This document shows, piece by piece, positions 1-10,079 of a stretch of DNA of 60,854 nucleotides. The translations under genes and the position numbers were made by a program. A model generated the notes under the pieces. That model ran no database searches and was not told where the DNA came from. It worked only from the letters and a program-made list of their open reading frames with translations. The first letter of the stretch is position 1. Every line of letters starts with the position of its first letter. The DNA lies in contig MEQL01000004.1 in the NCBI GenBank assembly GCA_001770205.1, positions 1 to 60,854 on the forward strand, in the 5' to 3' direction. The DNA comes from Bdellovibrionales bacterium RIFOXYD12_FULL_39_22. Lineage in GTDB: Bacteria > Bdellovibrionota > Bacteriovoracia > Bacteriovoracales > Bacteriovoracaceae.

Positions 1-363
1 CTATGGGAAGGCCTGCGGTGCGTCATAAAATGCATTTTTTTTATTTTTTTTAACTTAAAATATTATCTGTGAAAGCCTTACTGCTTAATTGCAATAAAGA
101 ACAAGGAGATTTCTATATCTCAGAATAGTAATTGTGGTGCAAGGTCTACTCTTTCCGCGATAGCTAACTGTTTAGAGGATTTATAAGTTAAGCTATGGAG
201 GATAAGTTAATGTGATCGGCTTGTGCTCGGGAACATTGGCAGATAGTGTGTAATGCTCGGAACAGCGAGCTTTTCTGAGCAAGATCAGAAGACAGAGAAT
301 GGTCTTTTTAAAAAAGAGGGCAAATGGCCAGATGACATTGTTATTAACAAGCTGATGGCACCT

Positions 364-2250
364 CTAAAAATAGTAATTGTAAAAAACCCCATAATTTTGC
401 AACCACTTGCTCTGGTAAAGCTGTAATTCGAGCGCATTTTTGGTGGAAATACTCCAAATGATTTTTGAATCAAAATTGTTATAGGTTGAAATATCTTCTT
501 TGAGTTCTTTCATAAAATTATAATCAAAACGGGCCGAAATAAGATCATGAAATCTAAAAATTATTCCGCCGTTTACGCCGAGCCCTACCGTAAAATTACC
601 CAAGATATTTGGATCGGAATCATATGATAGTGCTGCTCGCATATAATACTGGATTATTTTCTGAGCCGATGAGGCGATACCAAGCTTACCCTCACCCGAG
701 AAATTTAAATTATTATCGCCATACCATTTATTTGATTTTAATCTGTTCCATCCGAAATCAAATTGCCAAGCGGGAGCAAGGTCAATCCATTCAAACTCTC
801 GTAAATTTTCAACTCTTAAGATAGTTAATTCATCTATAAAAATGTTATTTTTATATTGAGAATATTTTGACTTGATATTTAGTACCTCTATCGAAAATCC
901 GGCGGGGTATCCGCTCCCTTCCAATAAATTGTGAAGTGCTGGCCTTCCCTCAATTAAAAGATTTACCTCATCATTAGCGCGCTCTATTCCTACCTGGATT
1001 CTAGATGGCGAATGTCCCAAATGAGGAGGGGACGCTTTAATGTTTTCACTTGCAAGAATAGGTAAGCTCGATCTTTTTTCCATAGATTCTTTTTTTATGT
1101 ACAAGTATTTTTTTGGAACTTTTCCTTTTTTCTTATGTGTTTTATATTCAATAAGATCAATGACCACATCCAGAACCTCTGGGGATTCAACATCTGTAGG
1201 TTTTATCACTCCTTCAATTACGCCATCCACTGTCTCTAGCTGTTTGGCCTTTAATTTTTTTACCCTCTTTCTTAGTTGTGTGCCAAGTGATGGGCGATAG
1301 GAACTTTCTCTTATAGCATTTGCAGCAAATAGTTTGGCAAGGCCTTCTGCCGGAAGGGTGTAAGCAAAAAAATCATCAGTCAGGTGCCAATTTGGTTCAA
1401 CGGCCTCGAGAAAAGCAAGTAATTGATAGGCACAATTCTCTTTCAAAAAATAGTAATCAAACTTGCCAAAGTTTTTCATCTCCCATAGATGATCCAGCAT
1501 GAAATCTATTTTATCTTGTGATAAATTTAGCTCATACTCCCACAGATCGCGATCTTCAATGTAATTATAATCTTCCAGCGATTTTGCATAAGTTGAAAAT
1601 ATGAATGAGGCCGGAAAACCTCCTCCCAATCCTTTAACAACATAGTCAAAGGCGTTTGTACCTGGTGGCATTTGGGCAAAAAAACCAATGCTGTGAGCAA
1701 GTGTATCTAGCCTCAATGTCTGATATTCAATAGCGGCCACATCAAAGCGCAAAAAAAGATGGCCAAAAAAAGAAGCGGGGTTTCCTATATATTGTGCTGC
1801 ATGAACAATGGTAACGGCCCTGGCATTAACCCCGTCCTTCCATTTTTGCAAGTTCGGACATTCAATAAGGCCTAGTTTGTTTTTAGCATACATATTGATA
1901 AATTTAAATCTTGCAGGAAAGAGGCAGCGTGGATCTTCGTTATTATTCTTGCTATTAATGGGCGAAGAAAAGAGTTTTAGTGCCGCCTCCCATTCCTTTT
2001 TTGGAGTTCGCTTCTGTGGCGACAAAAAAAACTTTTCTTCAATGATATAAGTTTCGGCAGCAGTGCCATTATTGTGTTTAAAATGTAAAAGCTTTAACCA
2101 TCCCCTAGAAAGATAGGGGGAGTCTGATGCAAAAAGTGCCTGGCCAATTAGTGCCAGGCATAGATAGGTAATTATTTGCAAAGGAAAGATAAGACTAAGA
2201 TTCAACTGGAAAATTGTCACATGCTTTTGATAATTCTTTGTTTCCTTCAA
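364..2250 (-). CDS. DUF4105 (Lnb N-terminal-like) domain protein with probable C-terminal outer-membrane beta-barrel
   Basis: Motifs CLFPARF, NPASFFGHLFLR, EDRDLWEYELNL and YYFLKENCAY typical of DUF4105; C-terminal amphipathic strands ending in YNYYF. Start uncertain, probably near 2182-2206. Confidence 0.8.
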   Translation of the reverse strand: MKETKNYQKHVTIFQLNLSLIFPLQIITYLCLALIGQALFASDSPYLSRGWLKLLHFKHNNGTAAETYIIEEKFFLSPQKRTPKKEWEAALKLFSSPINSKNNNEDPRCLFPARFKFINMYAKNKLGLIECPNLQKWKDGVNARAVTIVHAAQYIGNPASFFGHLFLRFDVAAIEYQTLRLDTLAHSIGFFAQMPPGTNAFDYVVKGLGGGFPASFIFSTYAKSLEDYNYIEDRDLWEYELNLSQDKIDFMLDHLWEMKNFGKFDYYFLKENCAYQLLAFLEAVEPNWHLTDDFFAYTLPAEGLAKLFAANAIRESSYRPSLGTQLRKRVKKLKAKQLETVDGVIEGVIKPTDVESPEVLDVVIDLIEYKTHKKKGKVPKKYLYIKKESMEKRSSLPILASENIKASPPHLGHSPSRIQVGIERANDEVNLLIEGRPALHNLLEGSGYPAGFSIEVLNIKSKYSQYKNNIFIDELTILRVENLREFEWIDLAPAWQFDFGWNRLKSNKWYGDNNLNFSGEGKLGIASSAQKIIQYYMRAALSYDSDPNILGNFTVGLGVNGGIIFRFHDLISARFDYNFMKELKEDISTYNNFDSKIIWSISTKNALELQLYQSKWLQNYGVFYNYYF

Positions 2251-2776
2251 TCAGGGTGTCTACGCTAGAAGAAAAATCCCAGGCTGGCCGAGATTCATTA
2301 AAAACCTTCTTATATTTATCATGTAACTCTTGCGATAATCTTTTTGCATGACTTGCCGGGCATCCTGATAAATAAACGAGAACATCGAGATACTCTCCTT
2401 GCCCTTGCGAAGCATTTTTTCTTATACTTCCCAAATTTTCTGCAATATAAAATTCTCGCCGGAGCCATTTAGAATTAGTGGCCCATAAAGCACAATCTCC
2501 TTGGCTAGAAGACCATTGAGATGTCGATTCAGTTTGTCCGGTAGTAACTCCTGGATCTGAGGACATGGATGAACTTTCGGTTGAAGAGGCCGAGCTTGTT
2601 TTTGTTGACCCTTCTTCAGTAGAAGTTTTGGAGGATATAAACTCTATTGAAGAGTATTTTACGCTGTATTCGCGAAACCATCCTTTTTTCATCCACACAT
2701 TTTGAGCACAGGTTCTTGCGTTGAAAGCAAACGCAGCGTTAGTAAACAGTAACAAAAAAATAATCAACCCTTTCAT
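2195..2776 (-). CDS. DUF3015-family exported protein
   Basis: Signal peptide ending AAFA; S/T-rich segment then GDC; FYIAENLGSIRKNASQGQGEYLDVL..LSGC pattern; lies next to DUF4105 as is usual for this family. Confidence 0.7.
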   Translation of the reverse strand: MKGLIIFLLLFTNAAFAFNARTCAQNVWMKKGWFREYSVKYSSIEFISSKTSTEEGSTKTSSASSTESSSMSSDPGVTTGQTESTSQWSSSQGDCALWATNSKWLRREFYIAENLGSIRKNASQGQGEYLDVLVYLSGCPASHAKRLSQELHDKYKKVFNESRPAWDFSSSVDTLIEGNKELSKACDNFPVES

Positions 2777-2880
2777 TTTTTCTCCTCGTTTTTAAGTTTT
2801 AAGTAAAAATAATAATTAAATTTTTTTCTTAAAAGTATAAAAGTACCAGAAGATAAATGCAAGATTGATCGTTTGCGGAT

Positions 2881-3084
2881 CTATTTTCCTTCAGCAAATG
2901 CCTGGGAGTGATCTACAAATTGAAAGGTGCGACACATGTCTACGCACTGCTGACAGTTGGTACATTTTTCGTTATTAACAATGGGGGCAGAGTATCCTAT
3001 TTGAGAAATGGCCCCCACCGGGCAATAACGAATTATTGGACAAGGATGATTTTGTGGGCAAAATTTTTCTTCTACTTTTATCAT
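2881..3084 (-). CDS. small 4Fe-4S ferredoxin-like protein
   Basis: CPQNHPC..CPVGAI and CTNCQQCVDMC motifs; purine-rich RBS (GAGGTAGG) upstream. Confidence 0.85.
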   Translation of the reverse strand: MIKVEEKFCPQNHPCPIIRYCPVGAISQIGYSAPIVNNEKCTNCQQCVDMCRTFQFVDHSQAFAEGK

Positions 3085-3127
3085 ATCCTACCTCGTTCAA
3101 AAAAAAGAATCAGAAATTGTGCCTAGT

Positions 3128-3454
3128 CTATTTGATATTATCTAATAGTTGATCCCAATACTCTTTTGGATAGGCGCCACTGGTAGAATTTATCTCTTTG
3201 CCATTACGGAAAATTTTTACAGTAGGAATACCACGAATAGAAAAGCGTCCAGCAATTTCTGGAAAATCATCAACGTTAAGTTTTGTTACTACAACATCCG
3301 AACTTCTCTCTGTGGCCACTTGTTCCATAATGGGCCCCAACATTCTACAGGGGCCACACCAGGGGGCCCAAAAATCCACAATGACAGGTTTGTCTGAATT
3401 TTTTAAAACTTCATTAAAGCTAGTTGCATCTAAAGATTTCACATTGGATTGCAT
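3128..3454 (-). CDS. trxA: thioredoxin
   Basis: VIVDFWAPWCGPC active site and IRGIPT cis-Pro motif; GGAGGT RBS before ATG 3454. Confidence 0.95.
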   Translation of the reverse strand: MQSNVKSLDATSFNEVLKNSDKPVIVDFWAPWCGPCRMLGPIMEQVATERSSDVVVTKLNVDDFPEIAGRFSIRGIPTVKIFRNGKEINSTSGAYPKEYWDQLLDNIK

Positions 3455-3545
3455 AAATACCTCCATTTGGTTAAGCTCATAAATAGTTTAGCAGATTAAC
3501 CAAGTGGCGTCAAGCGTTAGTTTTGCTATTAATTAGCTGTATTTA

Positions 3546-5090
3546 CTAAAGATTCCATCCGAGTGCTACCCCGACGGATATGGCCGAGTTTTTAATTTCA
3601 GAATTAACGATATTTTTAAAAGGTATTAGTGCCTTCTCATATTTTGCAGAAAGTTTAAAAATTTGTCCAAAGGTTACAAAAGTGTTGAGCCAGCTAACAT
3701 AATTATTTTTATCACAAACAAAGGTGCCACTATCGAGTGTACAGTACTCCGTCATAAAACTAACTCCGCCACCAATTCCTGGAACGATACTTATGTTGTT
3801 AGAAAAAAAATCAGATAATAACCAATTCACGGATAAATATTTTAAATCCTTTTTATAAACTTGGATTTCAGATACGCCATCTGTATCCGCAGCAAAGTTA
3901 AAACCGGCACCAAACTGAATTCCAGAGGGACGATGATGTATTCCTAATTCAAACTCTAACGAACCATTTTTCGCTTTGTCAGGAAAATTTACTCCGCCAA
4001 AGCGCACACCAATATTGCCATAAGTTCCATAGGTGCTTAACTCTTGGCGGCCAATTAGTTTTTTCTTAAACTTGTTTTGGCCGGTAAAATCAATCATTAT
4101 TTTTTTCTTATCACCGGCCAACAAATTAAAAGTCATATCTTTTAAAACTTTTTGATCTTTGCGAAAAATCAAATGATGTGCTCCCGGTGTAGTTGCTACT
4201 GCCATATTGGTAGTACCGACGAGTGTAGTGTCAATTAGAAATTCAATTCCTGGCGGCTCCGATATTATACGAACGGATGTTTCTTGCGTGGTCATTTTGA
4301 TCAACAATCTTTTTGTTTCTCCCGGGGAGAGAATAATTTTTTCCCGAAAACTATTCTTAAACCCTTTAAGAACTAGATAAACTTCATGATTAACTCCCGA
4401 GCTTAAATTAATGGGAGTATGAATGGCCTCTGGAGGGACTGTCACGATGTTACTTTTTGTGCCATTAAGAAAAATTGTTGCGCCAGCGGGGATTGAGGAA
4501 ATAAATAAAACGCCTTGTCCACCCTCCCTGCTGCGGAGTGCTGTCCAGAAAAGATCATCATAGTTTTTCTTTGTAAGTCGACCGGACTTAATAAATTCGT
4601 CGACAGAATTTTTTCCAAACAATAGAATCATTGTTTGCAGCCGAATGGAATTTAGAAGCGCATTTCGTTCTTTGTTAACATTTTGCAGTGGTAGTTCGAC
4701 TACTATATTTTGAGTGTATAGATCGATTAGCTTGAGAGTATATTTAAAGGAGTCTGTTTTGTGAGTAGAAGCGGCAATGTTTAGATAGAAACGGCCAATA
4801 GCTTCTAATTCGGTGGGATCATCAAAGGCCCATTTTTCACCGTAGGGTGACGATGTGCGGACTTCTACCAAAGGACTAATCTCGATAGTGTTTTTTAGTT
4901 CTCGGACAATGGCCTCTTCGTAATTGGCCAACTCTCTGGGTAAATCTGGCCTGGCGATATAAATTATAACTTCCTTTAATCCACTCTCTTCGGCAATTTC
5001 GGTTATTGTTGCCGCGTCAACTATTGATGGACGCCATAGTAAAAATATCGCTAAAAATAATTTGAAAACTAATTGCATTATCACCATCAT
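3546..5090 (-). CDS. exported PEGA-domain protein with C-terminal beta-barrel-like region
   Basis: Signal peptide; PEGA-like units LFISSIPAGATIFLNG and VRIISEPPGIEFLID; C-terminal alternating strands ending GVALGWNL. Start approximate. Confidence 0.7.
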   Translation of the reverse strand: MMVIMQLVFKLFLAIFLLWRPSIVDAATITEIAEESGLKEVIIYIARPDLPRELANYEEAIVRELKNTIEISPLVEVRTSSPYGEKWAFDDPTELEAIGRFYLNIAASTHKTDSFKYTLKLIDLYTQNIVVELPLQNVNKERNALLNSIRLQTMILLFGKNSVDEFIKSGRLTKKNYDDLFWTALRSREGGQGVLFISSIPAGATIFLNGTKSNIVTVPPEAIHTPINLSSGVNHEVYLVLKGFKNSFREKIILSPGETKRLLIKMTTQETSVRIISEPPGIEFLIDTTLVGTTNMAVATTPGAHHLIFRKDQKVLKDMTFNLLAGDKKKIMIDFTGQNKFKKKLIGRQELSTYGTYGNIGVRFGGVNFPDKAKNGSLEFELGIHHRPSGIQFGAGFNFAADTDGVSEIQVYKKDLKYLSVNWLLSDFFSNNISIVPGIGGGVSFMTEYCTLDSGTFVCDKNNYVSWLNTFVTFGQIFKLSAKYEKALIPFKNIVNSEIKNSAISVGVALGWNL

Positions 5091-5122
5091 TTTTAATTTT
5101 AGGGCAACCAAGCGCCGTACGA

Positions 5123-6403
5123 TCAGAATCGTCGATCGACAACTAGTTTAACTTTACCTGTTCGCTGATTAACCGTCAAATTTTCTGGATTAACAAATTC
5201 AATTTCTAGGTGAGCAATGTTTTTCTTTTCTACCTCATTTAAATACATCGGCCTTTCTAGATAAAATATTTTTTTAAACTCACTAATAAAACTGTTTTTA
5301 TCAATTGAATAATCGCTTATAGCAAAATTTAATATTAAAACGTCAAGGCCTGCTCGGCGATCAATCACAATTTGAAAGTTGGCAATTTTTTCTTTGAATT
5401 TAAAATTGCGCAAAATCTCGGCAATATCATCACGATTAATTGTTACCGGGCCAATCCGGGCACCCTCTTCGCTTCGACCAAGTAATTGAAATTTTCGTTC
5501 CTTTTTTTGGCCAGAGGCCTCCTCTGTCCACATGGCGCAGTCTCCAACAGGATAACGAATAATAGGCATTAGCACTCTAGATAAGTTGGTATAGATGGCC
5601 CGTCCTTTCTCGTAAGGCCTTTCAATAACTTTTCCATTTTCGTCAATAATTTCCATAATTGATTCGGAAAAAACCTTATGTTCATTATTTTTACATTGCT
5701 GATCAAAAAAACCTAAATGTCCACCATCTACACTGGCATAACCAATAGAGTTTATGCGAGCACCGGGAAAGGTTTTTTGAAGAAACGCTAATTGCTCAGG
5801 AAAAAGAGACTCTCCTCCGAATAAAATTTTACTAATTAATTCAGAGGCGTGTTGAAAGCGTGTATTCCCTTGAAGAACCGTGGCCAAATTAATAAGGGAT
5901 GTAGGAACTCCTGCCAAAACGTTAATTTTAAATTCACAAATGGTGGATAGTACTTCTTCAAAAGGCATATTGCCGGCCATTGGAAAATTTAATACTGGAA
6001 AGGGCATTGCTTCAATTGATTTCATGATAAAGAGAAAAGAGGCATAAAGATTACCGGCATAAAATAGATTGGCCACCTTATCATCAGGAGATAAATTATA
6101 TCTGGCCATTCCTCGTCCAAAAATAGAGGTAAAGTCATTCCACTCTTTTTTAGTAAAAATAGAAAACTTAGGATTACCTGAAGTCCCACCACTTTTGAAA
6201 ATGATTCCAGAAGTTAGAGGGCCAGTAAGAAGACGGTTGGGGCGATCATTAGCGATGGTGTTGGCCTGCCAAAATTTTTCCTGTTCAATAATGGGCAAGC
6301 ATTCTAGCAAATTATCAGTTGATAGCGAAATATCCTTGTAAAGCTCGGCATAAAATGGAGATTTTTCCTTAGCAAGTTTAACCAATTCTCTTAGTGTGAT
6401 CAT
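5123..6403 (-). CDS. PaaK-like (phenylacetate-CoA ligase family) adenylate-forming enzyme
   Basis: FKSGGTSGNPK loop, FGGE, GYASVDGG, PIIRYPVGD, LLGR and RTGKVKLVVDRR motifs. Confidence 0.85.
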   Translation of the reverse strand: MITLRELVKLAKEKSPFYAELYKDISLSTDNLLECLPIIEQEKFWQANTIANDRPNRLLTGPLTSGIIFKSGGTSGNPKFSIFTKKEWNDFTSIFGRGMARYNLSPDDKVANLFYAGNLYASFLFIMKSIEAMPFPVLNFPMAGNMPFEEVLSTICEFKINVLAGVPTSLINLATVLQGNTRFQHASELISKILFGGESLFPEQLAFLQKTFPGARINSIGYASVDGGHLGFFDQQCKNNEHKVFSESIMEIIDENGKVIERPYEKGRAIYTNLSRVLMPIIRYPVGDCAMWTEEASGQKKERKFQLLGRSEEGARIGPVTINRDDIAEILRNFKFKEKIANFQIVIDRRAGLDVLILNFAISDYSIDKNSFISEFKKIFYLERPMYLNEVEKKNIAHLEIEFVNPENLTVNQRTGKVKLVVDRRF

Positions 6404-6427
6404 GGCCCATTCCTTTTATGGTTACCT

Positions 6428-8926
6428 CTAGCGCTTGTCTAGGACGCGTACCAATTTTTTACTGGAAGTTGCAAAAATAAAATCATTTTCAAAAGTCTTA
6501 GATATTTTTAATTCAAGACCTCTCTCTTTCTTAATTCCTTCGTATAAATCAGGATAATGTTGCAGAAGGGATTCGGCCATCTTTTCGCAGTTAAGTGGAG
6601 ATTTCTCTATCTTTAGTGTAATGAAGTCCAAATTATTTTTTTTCTCTAAAACGATTTGTAGCTTTCCTGTATATTCAGCAGTTTCTTCGAGAATTTTTTG
6701 AAACTTAGCGTAGTTATAAAAAGTTCCTCCGGCCCGAAAAACATCCCCTGTACGTCCTAATAATTGTAAACGAACAGTTTGTCGCCCACAAGGGCAATTT
6801 CCGTTTACTATTTTTACCAGATCTCCAATATCATAGCGTGAAAAAGGATTGGTCTCTCTCTCTTTGGAAGTTAATACCAAACGGCCAACTTGATCAGGGG
6901 AGACAGGAGAGTCATTTTCAATATGCAAGACCTCAAGCGCCAGTAGTTTTTGATGAATGTGATATTCATTGTCGCCACAAAATTGGCATTGAAATCCTAT
7001 TGGCCCGGCATCGACGCTACCATAACTGGCAGAACGAATGTGAGTTATCCCCAAGTGAGAGCTGATCCACTGACGCTGTTTGTTGGAAAAATGTTCGCCA
7101 CCAAAAAATATTTTTTTTATGCCGCCATATTTTTTAAACTTTTCCACATTTGATGTGAGTAATTGCCAAATATAAGTTGGCATTCCCATCAGAGTATTTA
7201 CCTCATAATCAACAATGGAGTTTGCCACCATGGCCATGTCTTCGTGAGCGGCCATGGGAAATTGTGGACACTTGATTTTCTCCAGGATGGTAAAGAAGCT
7301 CAGCAATCCACCGTAAAGTCCACCGCCATGAAATAAATTTATCACCCGATCTCTTTGAGGATCAACTCCCGCGGCAAGCAAACCGTAGGCCGCCTCTTCC
7401 ATAGAACGATTGTAGTCAGCATAGGAAAAGGTTGAAAGCGCACTTTTTCCCGAGCTGCCACCACTTTTAAAAAAAAGGTGGGCCCGATTAAAGTCATTAT
7501 TTTTTTGAAACATTTCTTTGTTCATTACCGGAGTATCGAGATGACTTGTTTGTTGGCCATTTTTATTTTCTAGTTCCGATAAGGAAAAACAATCTAGTTG
7601 AGGATTAGAAAGAGAAACTCTTTTTAAAAAACGCAATAGCGATATTTCTCCATCATGAGGTTCTGAAATATAACTATTCAGCATAGAACCAAGGGCGGTT
7701 ATCCTCGTAGCACCGGCGGCAAAAAAATATTTGGCCAGGATTTCTATTTCTTGTTGGCCGGCACTTAATCCCACTGTTTGTAAGTAGTGGCGGTGAGGAA
7801 TTAGTGTTTGAAGAATTTTGGTGCGCAAAAGTGGACGAACCCAAATAGTACGAAACAAGGGAGATGCTTTCAATGTTCCATTGTTTTCTACTAAAATTCT
7901 CCATCTTTTTTTTTCATCTTCGAGAACCATTGATTCTTTTATTAGTGACTCTAGTTTTAATAATTCAACGACGTTGGTAATTTCGGCCTGCTCTTGGAGG
8001 GAAGGCCATTCAATTTTTCCTTCGGCCTTTTTGTCTATCTCCTCATTTAAAAAATGAGAGAATGTTATGGCAAAGTCTTTAAGTTGAGCAAAGGATTCTA
8101 CTTCGGCATAGACAACTTGCGGTGAAGAGCAGGCCTGTTGATCGTCCAACAATGAGTCATAGGCCAATTGTTGCATTGTTGTTTTATCGCTCAGTTTTGA
8201 CTTTGCAATGTAGGCAAAAGAGATTTTATGTCCCCAAACTATGACTCTCGTATGAGGGTGGGCAATCTTTTTTACTTCGGTGGCAACATCATCCCCACCC
8301 CACAAGGCCACACCATCGCAAAGTTGCACTAGATGGTTAAAAGTGGTTTTGTCGCGTTGAGAAAAAGTAAGTGCATATAATTTGTGAGCAACAATATCCA
8401 GGCAAGCACGATCTAGCGTAAGCAGTTTGGAAAAAAGTGAAAGGGAGTGGGGCGCATTTTTCTCTGTTAGTTTAATAATATTAATATTTCCAGTCAGCAG
8501 GCCTTCGATGAAGGATAAAAAGGGAACATTAAGGGCATTAGAGGGGGTGATATGAAAGACAAGTCCTAAAGGCCGCCAACCTTCAAATGGCCCATTTCTC
8601 TCCAATCTAATTAAATCGTCAAATTCAGGGGCCACAAACGCACGATCTATCTTTGATTTTAAGTTAGAGCGTTGACAGAAAATAGCAACTTCTTCAAGCA
8701 ACGCACGCTGCTCTAAACTTTGATCAGACTTTCTGGCCGCGGAGGCAATTTCTTGGGAAAATCTATCGAGTAAGTCTAAGAGTGCACTTAGCGAAAAACG
8801 TTTATTTTGCAAGGAGCGCTCAGTCAAAGAGGCATAATCAAAATCTATCGCTAAATCAAAGGAGGTACGAAATTCACCAGCAATAAGATGTTTTTTTTCA
8901 TCTTTTCCATTTAATTTAAAATTCAT
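6428..8926 (-). CDS. LuxC-type acyl-CoA/acyl-protein reductase fused to a C-terminal PaaK-like ligase domain
   Basis: N-part PLGLVFHITPSN, WGGD, WGHKISF and catalytic DQQACSSPQ (LuxC); C-part FKSGGSSGKS, FGGE, SYGSVDAG, RYDIGD, CPCGR and LLGRTGD. Confidence 0.85.
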   Translation of the reverse strand: MNFKLNGKDEKKHLIAGEFRTSFDLAIDFDYASLTERSLQNKRFSLSALLDLLDRFSQEIASAARKSDQSLEQRALLEEVAIFCQRSNLKSKIDRAFVAPEFDDLIRLERNGPFEGWRPLGLVFHITPSNALNVPFLSFIEGLLTGNINIIKLTEKNAPHSLSLFSKLLTLDRACLDIVAHKLYALTFSQRDKTTFNHLVQLCDGVALWGGDDVATEVKKIAHPHTRVIVWGHKISFAYIAKSKLSDKTTMQQLAYDSLLDDQQACSSPQVVYAEVESFAQLKDFAITFSHFLNEEIDKKAEGKIEWPSLQEQAEITNVVELLKLESLIKESMVLEDEKKRWRILVENNGTLKASPLFRTIWVRPLLRTKILQTLIPHRHYLQTVGLSAGQQEIEILAKYFFAAGATRITALGSMLNSYISEPHDGEISLLRFLKRVSLSNPQLDCFSLSELENKNGQQTSHLDTPVMNKEMFQKNNDFNRAHLFFKSGGSSGKSALSTFSYADYNRSMEEAAYGLLAAGVDPQRDRVINLFHGGGLYGGLLSFFTILEKIKCPQFPMAAHEDMAMVANSIVDYEVNTLMGMPTYIWQLLTSNVEKFKKYGGIKKIFFGGEHFSNKQRQWISSHLGITHIRSASYGSVDAGPIGFQCQFCGDNEYHIHQKLLALEVLHIENDSPVSPDQVGRLVLTSKERETNPFSRYDIGDLVKIVNGNCPCGRQTVRLQLLGRTGDVFRAGGTFYNYAKFQKILEETAEYTGKLQIVLEKKNNLDFITLKIEKSPLNCEKMAESLLQHYPDLYEGIKKERGLELKISKTFENDFIFATSSKKLVRVLDKR

Positions 8927-10046
8927 TTAACAACTCACTTGCGGCAACAGCACAGCTTCTATTTTTAGAAATGCCGGCCCTGCCGGCCAATTCAAAGTAA
9001 TCAGCAGATAATTCACAAGAACACTCCTCCCCGCGATGAAGCACTCCTAGGTCCTGCATTAAAACGCTAATGGCCGGCATAGAAGTAATATAGGGAGAAA
9101 CAAAATTTACGTAGCCAACCTTTCCGTATCCCAATGACTGCAAGGTTTTTACATCTCGAATAAAAACTTTAGACCAGATAGGAATATGGAATTTATGATT
9201 CTTACATTCCACATAGGGGATACAATGCTCAACTGATCCGAAACCATCCCGTAGACGTTCATCAGGAATACCCAAAAGTTGATTGGCCAGAAAATAGAGA
9301 TGACTTTTTTCGATAGAACTTTTTTGATTATTTTTCCAACCGCCCCCTAAAAAAACCAGAGAGTCAGGATGCAACTTCAGATCAATCATTCCGCCTTTTT
9401 TTAATTCATTTAATGTGAAATAAAAAAAAGCGGGAAATCCAAAGATCCTTACGGGCAATCCTTCGGCGGCATATTTATGCAAAATTTCCAAGGTACCAAA
9501 GAGATCAAATTTATGCTCCCCTTCCCCGGTTAATTTGAGAGCATAAAAAACATTTTTAATTTTTGTGTACTTGCATAAAAAATTGTCCGTATAGGCAGTT
9601 CCTAGCTTACTGTCGAGTTTGGGGGCGTAAGTGTAAAGCAAATAGTTACACTCTTGCTCGGGGTTGTTCCAGCCGTAGTAAGTAAAAATTTTATCCACCA
9701 TACCTTGGGCCTGGGTAATAGTTCTTTTGTCGAAAAAAATTTGTGATTTTTGGCCAGTTGTTCCAGAAGAGGTTAGGTGCAAATAAATATCTTCATCGTC
9801 AATAGACTTCTCAACATTACTTTTAAAAAAGTTGGCAATAATAAACGGAACTTTTTCCAAATCATCACTACTTTTTAAATGCTCCACGGAAAAGTTCTTT
9901 GCTGCCATTAAACGGCCATATAACAACGATCGTTTTTGATGCCAAATTATTGCTTCGCGCATGGCCTCTAGCATAAGCTGCGTGGTTTGCTCATTTAATT
10001 GATAGGGATGAGGGAGGTCACAAAATTCTTCAATTTTTTTAATCAT
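8916..10046 (-). CDS. luxE: LuxE-type acyl-protein synthetase
   Basis: LTSSGTTGQKS, IFGFPAF, LGGGWK, FGSVEH, SVLMQDLG and C-terminal GRAG...RSCA with the LuxE acyl-accepting Cys; overlaps the start of the downstream gene by 11 nt. Confidence 0.85.
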   Translation of the reverse strand: MIKKIEEFCDLPHPYQLNEQTTQLMLEAMREAIIWHQKRSLLYGRLMAAKNFSVEHLKSSDDLEKVPFIIANFFKSNVEKSIDDEDIYLHLTSSGTTGQKSQIFFDKRTITQAQGMVDKIFTYYGWNNPEQECNYLLYTYAPKLDSKLGTAYTDNFLCKYTKIKNVFYALKLTGEGEHKFDLFGTLEILHKYAAEGLPVRIFGFPAFFYFTLNELKKGGMIDLKLHPDSLVFLGGGWKNNQKSSIEKSHLYFLANQLLGIPDERLRDGFGSVEHCIPYVECKNHKFHIPIWSKVFIRDVKTLQSLGYGKVGYVNFVSPYITSMPAISVLMQDLGVLHRGEECSCELSADYFELAGRAGISKNRSCAVAASELLNEF

Positions 10047-10079
10047 ATTATCCCTTATAACATCTATAACATCTCGTCA

